Assembly: GCA_964016885.1 (NCBI GenBank)
Contig: OZ024741.1
Location: forward strand, 167,524,001 to 167,588,000
From: Eledone cirrhosa
Taxonomy: Eukaryota
Direction: 5' to 3'
DNA: 64,000 bases
Notes under the pieces: generated by a model
Told to the model about the DNA's origin: nothing
Database searches by the model: none
What the model saw: only the letters and a program-made list of their open reading frames with translations
Shown: piece by piece, positions 14,796-27,700 of the stretch
Position numbering within the stretch: the stretch's first letter is position 1
Layout of the letters: each line of letters starts with the position of its first letter
Made by a program: the position numbers and the translations under genes

Positions 14796-14837
<42 letters not shown>

Positions 14838-15177
14838 TATTTGCATTCCAGCTGAGGAGCTGAGGCCATGCTGGGGCACTGCCACTGATGCTATACTTTC
14901 TATAGTCAGCCTTCCCAGGTTGGCCATTGATGCAAAAGGGTGTTTGTTGCTGCTGTTCTTATTTGTGCTTCGCCTCGTGCTGTGGGTTCATCAGGGATCT
15001 TGGTCACTAGAATGTCGAGATATCTCTTGAAAACATCTACATGCATGCCATGTAGATCTCTTAGATTTTTTGGCAGCTTATTAAAACGCTGGGGTCCCTT
15101 GAACCCCAGGCTGTTGCAGTATGTGGTCTTTATTCTTGATGCGACAGATGGGACCTTTGGCACTACACACTGACATC

Positions 15178-15217
<40 letters not shown>

Positions 15218-15617
15218 GCAAGGTTTTTTATATGAAATCGTGTGTCGAAACAAATATTGTTATACTTGGGGAGGGTCATATTTGTGTAATATTGCCAGAA
15301 TTAATAACAGAACACACTCACTGTTTGGTTGGTTTTTGCTTCTCGCTGTCTTTTATATCTGCGATCTAACTTACTCGGTCCTCAATGTTGCCATTGACTG
15401 ACCGGTGGTCAAAAATAATACAGATACAATATAGACACAAACACATATATATAGTTTACATAATTTACATAAATCTTTCGTTGCACATCTGCAACATCGT
15501 CAGAGGTGTTATATTTTTTCTCCTGTTGTGTTGTATGTCTACGCCATTTTTTATTCAGTGAGTGTGTTCTGTTATTAATTCTGGCAATATTACACAAATA
15601 TGACCCTCCCCAAGTAT

Positions 15618-15711
<94 letters not shown>

Positions 15712-18700
15712 TGTATAAGATGTTGTCTAACCAGGGTTGCATATGTATACTCCAATCAGTAAATAATGATTGAAATTAGGTTGAAGCTCTCAACGTAATG
15801 TTAATCCTTCTAAATCTGATTTGGTAGTCAATGATAGAGTGTATGTACAATAGTGATACACCAGATGTAGATATTCATAATTCATTTTATTCATAATCTG
15901 CAATAATACATATTTCTGGGGCATTAATAATTACGTAATGCTGCCACCACGCAACCAACAACATGACTTCATCAGACAGCATCTTAAGTATTAAGGTTCT
16001 TATGTAATATTTCTAATGCAATACAGGCTATCGATAGGGGGATGGATGAATTCGATGTTGGTTCTCTGAGGGGATGGTCACTCATAGACTAACATCAAAT
16101 ATGTCCATCCCATTATCAATAGCCTGTATTGTATTAAAAATATTACACAACAAGTTTGATATTTAAAATGCTGCCTGATGAAGTCGTGTTAGTGGTTGCA
16201 TGATCACAGCATTACATCATCATCCTCATCCTTTTAAATTTATTTTTTTATGCTTGCATGGGTTGCATGGACTCTTTCCAGCACACCTTAAATCCCCTTG
16301 CTGCATTCTTTCTTCATCTCCCTTGTAAGGTTCAGCATTTGAAGATCATCTCACATCACCTCTACCCATGACTTTTTTGGTTTTCCTCTTCTGCAGCTTC
16401 CTTCCACTGGGATTTCTTGACTTCACTTAATGATCATCATCTATACACATCATATGTCCATACCAGTCAAGTTGTCTCTCTTGCACACTGCATCTGATTT
16501 CTCTTATATCAAACTTTCCTCTCAGCTCCTCCACGCTTCATTGTTTATGCTCATTAACATGTGTGCATCCATCAGAGTATTACTCGTTTTGTATCTCTTC
16601 AACATTCTCATATCCTCTACATTCACTGCTCCAGTCCCAATATCATACAATTATTACACTTTGCATGCATGCATCATGGAGTTGGCCTTTTGTTCTAGTT
16701 GATATACACAACATGCCTCTCTTTCTAAAATGTCTCATCCCGTGTCTATGTAAAAAATAAATATGTCCCACCCTTGCAAGCAGGGAAAAGCGGACGTAAA
16801 ATGAAATGATGATGATGAAATGTGATATTCCAAATGGCCAGTATGTCTACCATGATATATTTTTTTCTTTTCCTGTTTAGAAATTTTCATCTCACTGTTG
16901 TTTGAAATTACAGAAATTAAATTTCTACTCAATTTAAAGGTAAGAATAATTAATTATTGTGATCATCATTGTTTAACATCTGTTTTCCTTCTTAGCAAGG
17001 GTTGGATAAGTCATCACAAGTTGGACAAGTCAGTATTTAATTAGAGTTACTGACCTTTCAGATAGACCAAGGGACCACATCTCACTTACATTGCTGCACT
17101 TTTCAGAGTGCACTGGGTATATTTTATCATGGAGGTTGTTATGTCCTTGAAACAACTGAAGAGTTTTCATAAACGTATGTTAGGCATGTTTTCTGTATCT
17201 AGATGTCCTTCCTATCATCACTTTATAGAGTGTTGGATATGTTTTATCATAGCACCAGCACTAGGGAGGTTGTTATTTCTTTAAAAAGACTGAAGAGTTC
17301 TCTTAATCTTTTGTTCAGCAAGTCTTTTATGACTGAACACCCTTCTAACACTAACCACTTTCCAGAGTATACTGGATGAAATTTTTGTGGCACTAGCACT
17401 AGGGAAGTTATTGTGTCTGTCGGGTGACTGAAGAGTCATCTCTACCCTTTTTGCCCATGGTTCCTATGACTGGATGCCATTCCTAACACCAAGGATTTTA
17501 CAGAGTGTATTGGGTGCACTTTATCATGGTATCAGCATAAAAGAGGTTGTTGGTCATTGACTCAACTGAAGAGCCCTCTCTACTTTATGGGGGTTGGGAT
17601 GATGACTTGTCCTAAGCCAGACATGTTTAAGGGAATGGAAGGAGCTTTAGGTCTGTTTCCAATGATGGATGTCTTTCCTAATGCCAACCATTTTACAGAA
17701 TCAGGGTGGTTTCAGGCAGTGTGGTATTAGAAGAGTTAATGTCATAAATCTGAGATGGGCATTAAGGAGATTTAGGAAGAGACAGATACTACAGTGGCTA
17801 TGGAAAGTGTGGGAAGGGAGAGATATTACAGGCATTAACCCTGTTGATCAGGGAGGTAGGGGAAGGGAGAGACTTACAGACATTAGCCCAGTGGATCAGA
17901 GAGGTGGGCTAAGAGAGTGTTATTGCAGACATTAGCCCAGTGGATCAGGGAGGTGGGGTAAGAGAGTGTTACTACAGGCATTAGCCCAGTGGATCAGAGA
18001 GGTGGGGTAAGAGAGTGTTATTACAGACATTAACCCAGTGGATCAGGGAGATGGGCTAAGAGAGTATTATTACAGACATTAGCCCAGTGGATCAGAGAGG
18101 TGGGCTAAGAGAGTGTTATTACAGACATTAGCCCAGTGGATCAGGGAGGTGGGCTAAGTGAGTGTTATTACAGACATTAGCCCAGTGGATCAGAGAGGTG
18201 GGCTAAGAGAGTGTTATTCCAGACATTAGCCCAGTGGATCAGAGAGGTGGGCTAAGAGAGTGTTACTACAGGCATTAGCCCAGTGGATCAGGGAAGTGGG
18301 CTAAGTGAGTGTTATTACAGACATTAGCCCAGTGGATCAGAAAGGTGGGGTAAGAGAGTGTTGTTACAGACATTAGCCCAGTGGATCAAGGAGGTGGGCT
18401 AAGAGAGTGTTATTACAGACATTAGCCCAGTGGATCAAGGAGGTGGGCTAAGAGAGTGTTATTACAGACATTAGCCCAGTGGATCAGAGAGGTGGGCTAA
18501 GAGAGTGTTATTACAGACATTAACCCAGTGGATCAAGGAGGTGGGCTAAGAGAGTGTTATTACAGACATTAGCCCAGTGGATCAAGGAGGTGGGCTAAGA
18601 GAGTGTTATTACAGACATTAGCCCAGTGGATCAGAGAGGTGGGCTAAGAGAGTGTTATTACAGACATTAACCCAGTGGATCAGAGAGGTGGGCTAAGAGA

Positions 18701-21700
18701 GTGTTGTTACAGACATTAGCCCAGTGGATCAGAGAGGTGGGCTAAGAGAGTGTTATTACAGACATTAGCCCAGTGGATCAGAGAGGTGGGCTAAGAGAGT
18801 GTTATTACAGACATTAGCCCAGTGGATCAGAGAGGTGGGCTAAGAGAGTGTTATTACAGACATTAGCCCAGTGGATCAGAGAGGTGGGCTAAGAGAGTGT
18901 TATTACAGACATTAGCCCAGTGGATCAGAGAGGTGGGCTAAGAGAGTGTTATTACAGACATTAGCCCAGTGGATCAGAGAGGTGGGCTAAGAGAGTGTTA
19001 TTACAGACATTAGCCCAGTGGATCAGGGAGGTGGGCTAAGTGAGTGTTATTACAGACATTAGCCCAGTGGATCAGGGAGGTGGGGTAAGAGAGTGTTATT
19101 ACAGACATTAGCCCAGTGGATCAGAGAGGTGGGCTAAGAGAGTGTTATTACAGACATTAGCCCAGTGGATCAGGGAGGTGGGGTAAGAGAGTGTTATTAC
19201 AGACATTAGCCCAGTGGATCAGGGAGGTGGGGGAAGAGAGAGATATTGCAGAGATCAGCCCAGTTGATCAGGGAGGTGGGAGAAGAAAGAGATACTACAG
19301 GCATTGCCCCTTTTGAGAGATTACAGACATTAACCCAGTGGATGAGGGGGAAAGGGGGAGATATAGTCACTAACCCAATAGATTAGGGAGGTAGTAGAAG
19401 AGAGGAATATTGCAGTCATTGTTTAGATTTATCTTCAAAGAAATATTTCTATATTAATATTATTCATTTTTGTACTATTTTTACAAGATTGTTGATGTGT
19501 AATTGTATGTTGAAACATATTGTTGTACGTGGAGGTGCCACGAAAAAGCACCCAGCACTCACTGTAAATGAGGTTGGTGTTAGGAAGAGCATCCAGCTGT
19601 AGAAATCAAGCCAAATCAGTTCCTGTATGAGCAAGGCTTGGTCACCCGACCAGACACTGCCCACAACAGGACAACCCGTCTAACCCATGCTAGCGTGGAA
19701 GAACGGACGTAAAACAGTGATGATGATGATGATGATGATGTGAGGGTTATGCTGCCAGTCAAAACATACACTTCAAGGACTAGCTGAAATGCCAGCTGGT
19801 CCAAGGCAATATTGATCACAGGGAATGGGAACACCTGGCAGAAGACAGAGAAGTGGAGAGCAGAAGGATTTGAGGAGGTCAGGAGGGCGGCAGCTGAAGA
19901 CAAACATCAAAGAAGAAAGCTGTCTGCCATACAACTACCAACTGAGCAAGTACTCACTTTCTCCAACTGTATCAGAGCCTGCGGGTTCAGGACTGGCCTC
20001 TACAGCCCCCCCCCCCCCCCCCCGGGCGTTCTGCCGCACAGAACAGGTCAACAATTCTTCCCACTGTCTTTGCAAGCGAAACATTTGCTATTCATTCATT
20101 CAGTTCATCTGTCAGTTGGCTAATTTATTAATCAATTAATTAGTTATCAAAGTTCATTAATAACCATCTGTAACCTTATCAATAACTCTTGCTCACTGTG
20201 TCTTTTCTTTGTTTCCACTTATTTTAATTTTACTTTATTTTTTTTGGGGGGGGGGGGGGGGGAGAGAAATGTTGAAGTAAGTGTAAACAAAAAGAAGACA
20301 AAAGGAGCAAGAGTTGTTGATAAGGTCACAGACAGTGATGAAAATACTTTGACAAATAATTAACTTATTAACCAACATATTTAATGGATTAATTGCCTGA
20401 TTAAAGCGAAACTTTACATGTGGTACATGTGGTTTGATTGGTAACATGATCTTACTTAAATACAATATGTATGTTTTTTAAAAATATTTTCCTGTTTTCT
20501 TTTTCTTTTTCCAGAATGCCAGCTTTCTAGATGAAACATGGGATCTTCCTGTAAGTTCTAACACAGACATTTTCTAAAGCTAATCTTTGTTTCTTTAACT
20601 TTATTTTACCTGGTGTTGTTTGAGTTTGAGTAGGTCAGGGAATTTAAACATTTACATAGGGGTGTTGTTGCCATTATCAGAATCGTAGCTGGTTGAGAGA
20701 TCATAATCCCCATCACTCCACTGATCCAACATCATCACATGTCTGCTTTTCTGTGTTGGCATGAATTTGATGAGTCTTCAAGGTTCAATTCAGTTCATAT
20801 TTTGTGTTTTTGCCTTTCTAAACAGTTTGGAAACCACATTTCGCTTGCACATTCTATTTTGAATATGGCTTCTATAGCTGGATGCCCTTCCTATCACCAA
20901 CCATTTTACTGAATGGATTAGAACATTTTACCATGACACAGCATAAGAAAGCCAGCTCTATAATGCGCCAAGTGGGTGTGTTAAATTGGGCTGCAGATTT
21001 AGTCTACTATTATAATTCTTTAAATGTAATTAGGATTATGATGATGAAGGATACTCTGTTGGTTTTGATAATGAGTATTCAGTCATACGACAAGCTAAAT
21101 GTAAGTGGTTGAGTATTTCACAGATATGTGCACCCTTAACCCTTTAGCATTTAAACCGGCTGTATCCGGCCAGTATTCTCTCACCTCATTCTGTTCAAAC
21201 CGGCCATAACTAGCCACTCATACTGATGTTAAGGTATTAACATCAGTATGATAAATAAATAATATCAAAATCTCGTAGATTCGATATTATGTGAGACATG
21301 TGAGATAAAGCCTTTACCATGAAAATACAATAGTAAATATAGAGTAATGTAAATGCTAAAGGGTTAGTGTAATTCTCAAGCTGAATCAATATTACTCAAT
21401 ATATGACAAGGGTAGGAACCTTGAATTACAAGTACAGTCCCTCTTCTATTATAGTGTAAGCAGCTGAATATTCTCCAGGCAATGTGTACCCTTAATGTAA
21501 TCCCCAAGCTGAATCAGCATGACAATATATAACAAGGCTGACCATTTGAATTACAGGTATTCATCTTCTGTCATAGTGTAAGCAGCTGAGTTTTCCTCAG
21601 ACAATTGCCAAGCTAATTCAGCATGAAAACATTTGAATTACTGGTACAATTCCTCCAACAGAATTCCACACAGTTTCTGTTTACTTAATGTCACTCACAT

Positions 21701-24700
21701 CAGTTGGAGTAATGTGAGGCTATGGTAAAGATACTTGCCAAAGAAACCACAAAATGGGATTGACCCCTGGTCTACATGATTGTGAGCAAATTTCTTAACC
21801 AATCAGACATACATGCATCCTTTAACATTTAATGTTCTGTACCACATGAAACCACATTAGCAAGAAATTCTTGAAAAGTACTACAAAACAGCACTATGAC
21901 TGCATTACATTAAAAATTGAAGTCTTTACTTTAGTACTGCACATTTTCACTAAAATATGTCCAGTAGTAAAGATACTATAAAGATTTGAACTAACAAACA
22001 TTGCTTTTAGATACTTTTGGCCAAATAATTAGAGGATGTTAAGAGTGAATTAACAACTTTGCATATGCAACATTTAGTAAAAATGACTGAATCATATAAA
22101 AGATTTATTCTGATACTATAAATGTTCACTATAATCTGTCCAGTAATAAAATTACTATAAATATTTGAATTAACAAACCTGTTTTAGGATATTCTCTGCT
22201 AAAATGTTCCAGGATATTATAGTGAAGATAGCTGAATTGGCAGCTAAATAAATGAGCTATGAATATCTCCAGATTGCCTTGTAATCCCTCTTTTCCTGGT
22301 ATTTCTAGGTTTATAAGGAATATGAACTTGTCCCATGTGATGACATCGGAATGACTGTGCAGTAAGTTTCTTGTTTCTGCTTTCAATGATTCCATATTTT
22401 CTTTTCTATAACACTGTTGTGGTGGCTGTAGTGGCGTGGTGGCTGTAGTAGTGTGGTGTCTGTAGTGGTGTGGTGGCTGTAGTGGTATGATTTGTTGTGG
22501 TGTGGTGGCTATTGTAGTATGATTATGATTTGTTGTAGTGTGGTGGCTATTGTGGTATGATTTGTTGTGGTGTGGTGGCTGTTGTGGTATGATTTGTTGT
22601 GGTGTGGTGGCTATTGTGGTATGATTTGTTGTGGTATGGTGGCTGTCGTGGTATGATTTGTTGTGGTGTGGTGGCTATTGTGGTATGATTTGTTGTGGTG
22701 TTGGGGCTGTTGTGGTATGATTTGTTGTGGTGTGGTGGCTGTTGTGGTATGATTGGTTGTGGTGTGGTGGCTATTGTGGTATGATTTGTTGTGGTGTTGG
22801 GGCTGTTGTGGTATGATTTGTTGTGGTGTGGTGGCTATTGTGGTATGATTTGTTGTGGTGTGGTGGCTATTGTGGTATGATTTGTTGTGGTGTTGGGGCT
22901 GTTGTGGTATGATTTGTTGTGGTGTGGTGGCTGTTGTGGTATGATTTGTTGTGGTGTGGTGGCTATTGTGGTATGATTTGTTGTGGTGTTGGGGCTGTTG
23001 TGGTATGATTTGTTGTGGTGTGGTGGCTATTGTGGTATGATTTGTTGTGGTGTGGTGGCTATTGTGGTATGATTTGTTGTGGTGTTGGGGCTGTTGTGGT
23101 ATGATTTGTTGTGGTGTGGTGGCTGTTGTGGTATGATTTGTTGTGGTGTTAGGGCTGTTGTGGTATGATTTGTTGTGGTGTTGGGGCTGTTGTGGTATGA
23201 TTTGTTGTGGTGTGGTGGCTATTGTGGTATGATTTGTTGTGGTGTGGTGGCTATTGTGGTATGATTTGTTGTGGTGTGGTGGCTATTGTGGTATGATTTG
23301 TTGTGGTGTTGGGGCTGTTGTGGTATAATTTGTTGGCTATTGTGGTATGACTTGTTGTGGTGGCTATTGTGGTATGACTTGTTGTGGTGGCTATTGTGGT
23401 GTGATTAGTTGTGGTGTGGTGGCTATTGTGGTATCATTTGTTGTGGTGTGGTGGCTATTGTGGTATGATTTGTTGTGGTGTTGGGGCTGTTGTGGTATGA
23501 TTTGTTGGCTATTGTGGTATGACTTGTTGTGGTGGCTATTGTGGTGTGATTAGTTGTGGTGTGGTGGCTATTGTGGTGTGATTAGTTGTGGTGTGGTGGC
23601 TATTGTGGTATGATTTGTTGTGTGGTGGCTATTGTGGTATGATTTGTTGCAGTGTGGTGGCTATTGTGGTGTGATGTGGTGGCTGTCGTGGTATGATTTG
23701 TTGTGGTGGCTATTGTGGTGGTATGGATTATTGTGGTGTGATGTGGTGGCTGTTGTGGTATGATGTGTTGTAACTCTAAGATAAAAGTTTCAGTCAAATG
23801 TTCACAATGTTGTGCAGCAATATATCTGCTTCTGTAGAACATGAAATGTCATATATTTCCTTCATTTATCACTGTACATTGTCATGGTATTGAGCTCTGC
23901 CTATGATTATCATTAAGGCCATTGTTACACTAGTCTCTCCATTTGCCATTAGGGCCTCCTCAATTAAAATCTTTTTGTTAACAGATTGTTTAGTTAGTTG
24001 TCATTGCATTGAATTCTGCACCCTGATTGATATTGGGACCATCTTCCATTGGTGTGTTCTCAGTTTCTCTTTCTAGGTATCATACACCCCAAATAGATTT
24101 TAGAAAGATAACAAATTGAGTGTTTGATGTGACCAAACAGCTTTATTAAACATTGGTTGTGTCATTTCTTGTAGCACATAGCACTGTACAATATCCTTAG
24201 ACAATTCAATTTGAGCTTACTTGCCTTATTTTCTTTGCCTAGTAAAACTTTACAAACACTTGAAGGAGTGTCAGAGTTGGCTTAGTTATGAGGACTTTTG
24301 ATTGATCAACCTAAGGGACAATGGATTATAGATCTTTATCAGTTCTGCATATTATCCTTGGAAATATTTAATTCCCGGTAGCTCAATACATGTTGCTGTA
24401 AATAAATATCAATGTTTTACACTCAGATGCTCCTTCTAGTGTCAATCTTTTAAGCTGTTTCTGACACACAGGGTTATAGTGTACCTAGAGCATTAGGGTA
24501 GCTCGGCTTGCACTACAATGTGCATGACTTTCTATCAGTTATGCGCCCCATTCTCCCAAATAAAATAATTTCAACTTAAAGTTTGGTAAGCTGGCACTTG
24601 CTCTGACCGCACTTATAAAATTACTAAGCTTGCATTTTTTACTACACAGTTCACACTCAACCATGCCAAATCATATGACAAATCATAAGACTACATGAGA

Positions 24701-27700
24701 CTGTAAAACATGTTTCATTGTAAATCATTGATCACAAGAAATTATTATATATTTAAGTTAATTATAAGAATTTATTTAAAACTGTGATCTTTTAAGGTTC
24801 AGTAATGCCCCTGTCTGATGTCTATGCTCTGGGTGGACACAGGTACATATGCAAAATGACATCATTTATTTCCCAAAGATGTATTTTCTCTGGTCCATGA
24901 TAACCAATTTTTAAAATGTTGTTATTCTCCCTTTAGGTACCTCTCAGGTCGAACATTAGTGATAAGTGTGGTGCCAGGAAGTGTAGCTGCAGAAGATGTA
25001 AGTATTATTAATGTTCCCTTTCTAATTGTCTGAAAAGATTGATGGAATGGAAAAAAAATGGTCATTTATTCTTTTGCTTGTTTTAGTCATTTGACTGCAA
25101 CCACATTGGGGCACAACCTTTAGTTGATCATATCAATCCCAGTGCTTATTTTTTAAAGTTTGGTATTTATTTTATTGATCTCTATTTTTTTGAACTGCTA
25201 AGTTACATGACACACACACACAGACAGAGAGACAGACAGAGAGAGAGAGACAGATATCATCATTTTATGTCCACTTTTCTAAGCTTGGATGAGTTGGCTG
25301 GGCCTTTACCAGCACAGCATCTCTCCACTTGTTGCGTTCCTTTGTCATCTCCTCTGTAGGCTTCACTGATTTGAGATCAGCTCTCACCACCTCTGCTCAG
25401 GTCTTCATTGGTCTTCTTCTACTGCAGCTTCCTTCCATTGGGATTTCTTGACACTTCTTCAACCAGCAATCATCATCTATATACATCGCATGTCCATACC
25501 AGCAAAGTCTTCTCTCTTATTCTGTTTGTACTTAGTTTTTTTTTCAGCCTATCCATGCTTTGTCATGTATGCATATTAACATTGCAGATTAATTGAAACA
25601 TGCTTACTTCATTCCTCTCCAGCCTTTGCATATCCTCTGCATTGTCTCACTTCCATGTGGCATCATACATTCCACAAAGCTGTCATATAACCGACCTTTT
25701 ATTCTCAACAGGGGTAGTAGTTCCATGAACTTTTTCTATATTATTCTTATTGTAGTTACTATGCTCTCAGAGCAACCTCCTCTGCTGCGAATTAGCTCAC
25801 TCAGGTAGCAGAAGATATCAACCACTTCTATGGAGCCTTGAGACTGGAAAAAGTTTTTTGCCCTGATGCTCTTACTACTAGCTAACCCTGTACATCTGCC
25901 ACATACAAAGTCTACCTTTCTGTTAGTCTACCTGCTATCCCACTACATGTCCTGTGTACCTAAAATTTATGTTGTGTTCATTGTATGGAATTCCTCTCTG
26001 CCCCTTTTCTATAACAATCAGGTAGGTGATCCGGTAGCTGGCCTGTTTCCTGAAGTTAATGTTGCAAATAGTTCATTTGCATCACTGAATTCTAGGAGCC
26101 TTGCTCTCTCTCTTCATTTCTTGATCCATAACTCCTGTGTAACCAACCTGGTCCTTCCCAACATGTCCATTAAAGTCACCGGCTAGGATAATGAGGTCTC
26201 TGCCATCTGTAATTGAAATTGCCTGGAAGAATCCTTCATAGGAACAACACTTTTATTCTTTACATAGTCCTGGTTGTGGGGTATATGTAGAGATAATTGT
26301 CGTCATTCTAATGCCTATATTCTGAGTTTGATAATCCTGTCTGTCTAACTCAATAACCTTATCTATGAACTTCTCAGCTTGTAGAATGCCTACTTCACAT
26401 ACTCCTTCATGCAGTCTTATTTATTTGGTTTAACTACTCTCCCTGATGTTGCATTTGTTATGACTTACATACACGCACACATATTTTTCATTTAACAGAT
26501 GTTAAATGATATATATATAGTTCGAGACAACAAACAGATGTACAAAAAGTCTTATTAATATCACACTTTATATTGGAAAGAGGAAAGAAAGTTTGACATG
26601 TCGGGCTTAATCACTTCTTCAGGAATACAAAATAGAGACAGGATCACAATGGAGAAACAGAAAAAAGGTCCAAGAAAAGACAAAAAAGTCGAAAGTAAAG
26701 ATTGAAAAGAAAACAACTGGTAGTCTTGGTTATGAGGAACAGCCCTTTTATACATTTGAGTTTCAATTTCTTTATTAGAAACTTCTTGTATTTTCTCATA
26801 AGACTGCTACAGTTTGTTTGGAACAACAAAGTTCCTAACTCTATAATTCTTTTAACGTTTTCAGATCCTCATAGTCTCATCACCAAGAGTGTTGTTGGCA
26901 TATTTTTACTGCCTTTTTTGTTGTCAGCATATGTATTTTTTAGGTTTTATGGAGTTCTTACTTTGCCAGCATTCTATGGCTTTCTTAAGAAGAACTACTT
27001 AAAATAGGAAAGCAAAGTTATTGCCCCTGACATGAGTAAAGCTTTAATCTGAATTTATCACTTAATGTCATGTATCACATTAATGAAATATTCTTGAAAA
27101 GTACAAAACAGCACTGACAGAATCACCAAAAAAATTTAAGTCTTTACACTAATATTGCAAATTTTCGCATCAATATGTCCAGTAGCAAACTTACTATAAA
27201 TATTTGAAGTAACAAACATGGTTTTTAAATATTTTTGGCTAAATTATTACCGGATGTTAAGCGTCAATGGCAAGTTCATTGATATCTTTAAAGTCTCTCT
27301 GGAGCCTAGCAGCTTATTAGCTGGGAGTTTATCACCGTAGTTGATATAGAGTGCTGTGTATATCTGGTTTATAGTAGGTCCACCGTATCCTGCATATCAT
27401 AAGGTCCACCATATCTCTGCATGTCAAAAGAGGTGACTAATGCTGTTGGTGCAGGGAATGGAATCCAGTTGTAAAACATTGCCTGAGAAGGGACTCTTAC
27501 TTTGGTTGGAAAAATTGGCTTTAAAACACTTGGTGTTGCAAACCTATCAGAGAGCAACTGATATTTGGAGTGTTTACCCTCCTCGGCTCGAAGAGCAGCA
27601 GAGCCTGGGTTAGTTGCAGACTACACCAGGTTGCTGCTGGAGAATGTGTCATGTGGCATCCCAGATGTTATAATTCATTTTACAGGTTAATTAGAATATA

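Noticed and set aside
17820-19400. CRISPR-like array (hairpin-containing repeats)
   Set aside because: No unique spacers, no cas genes, eukaryotic intron; it is a head-to-tail minisatellite.
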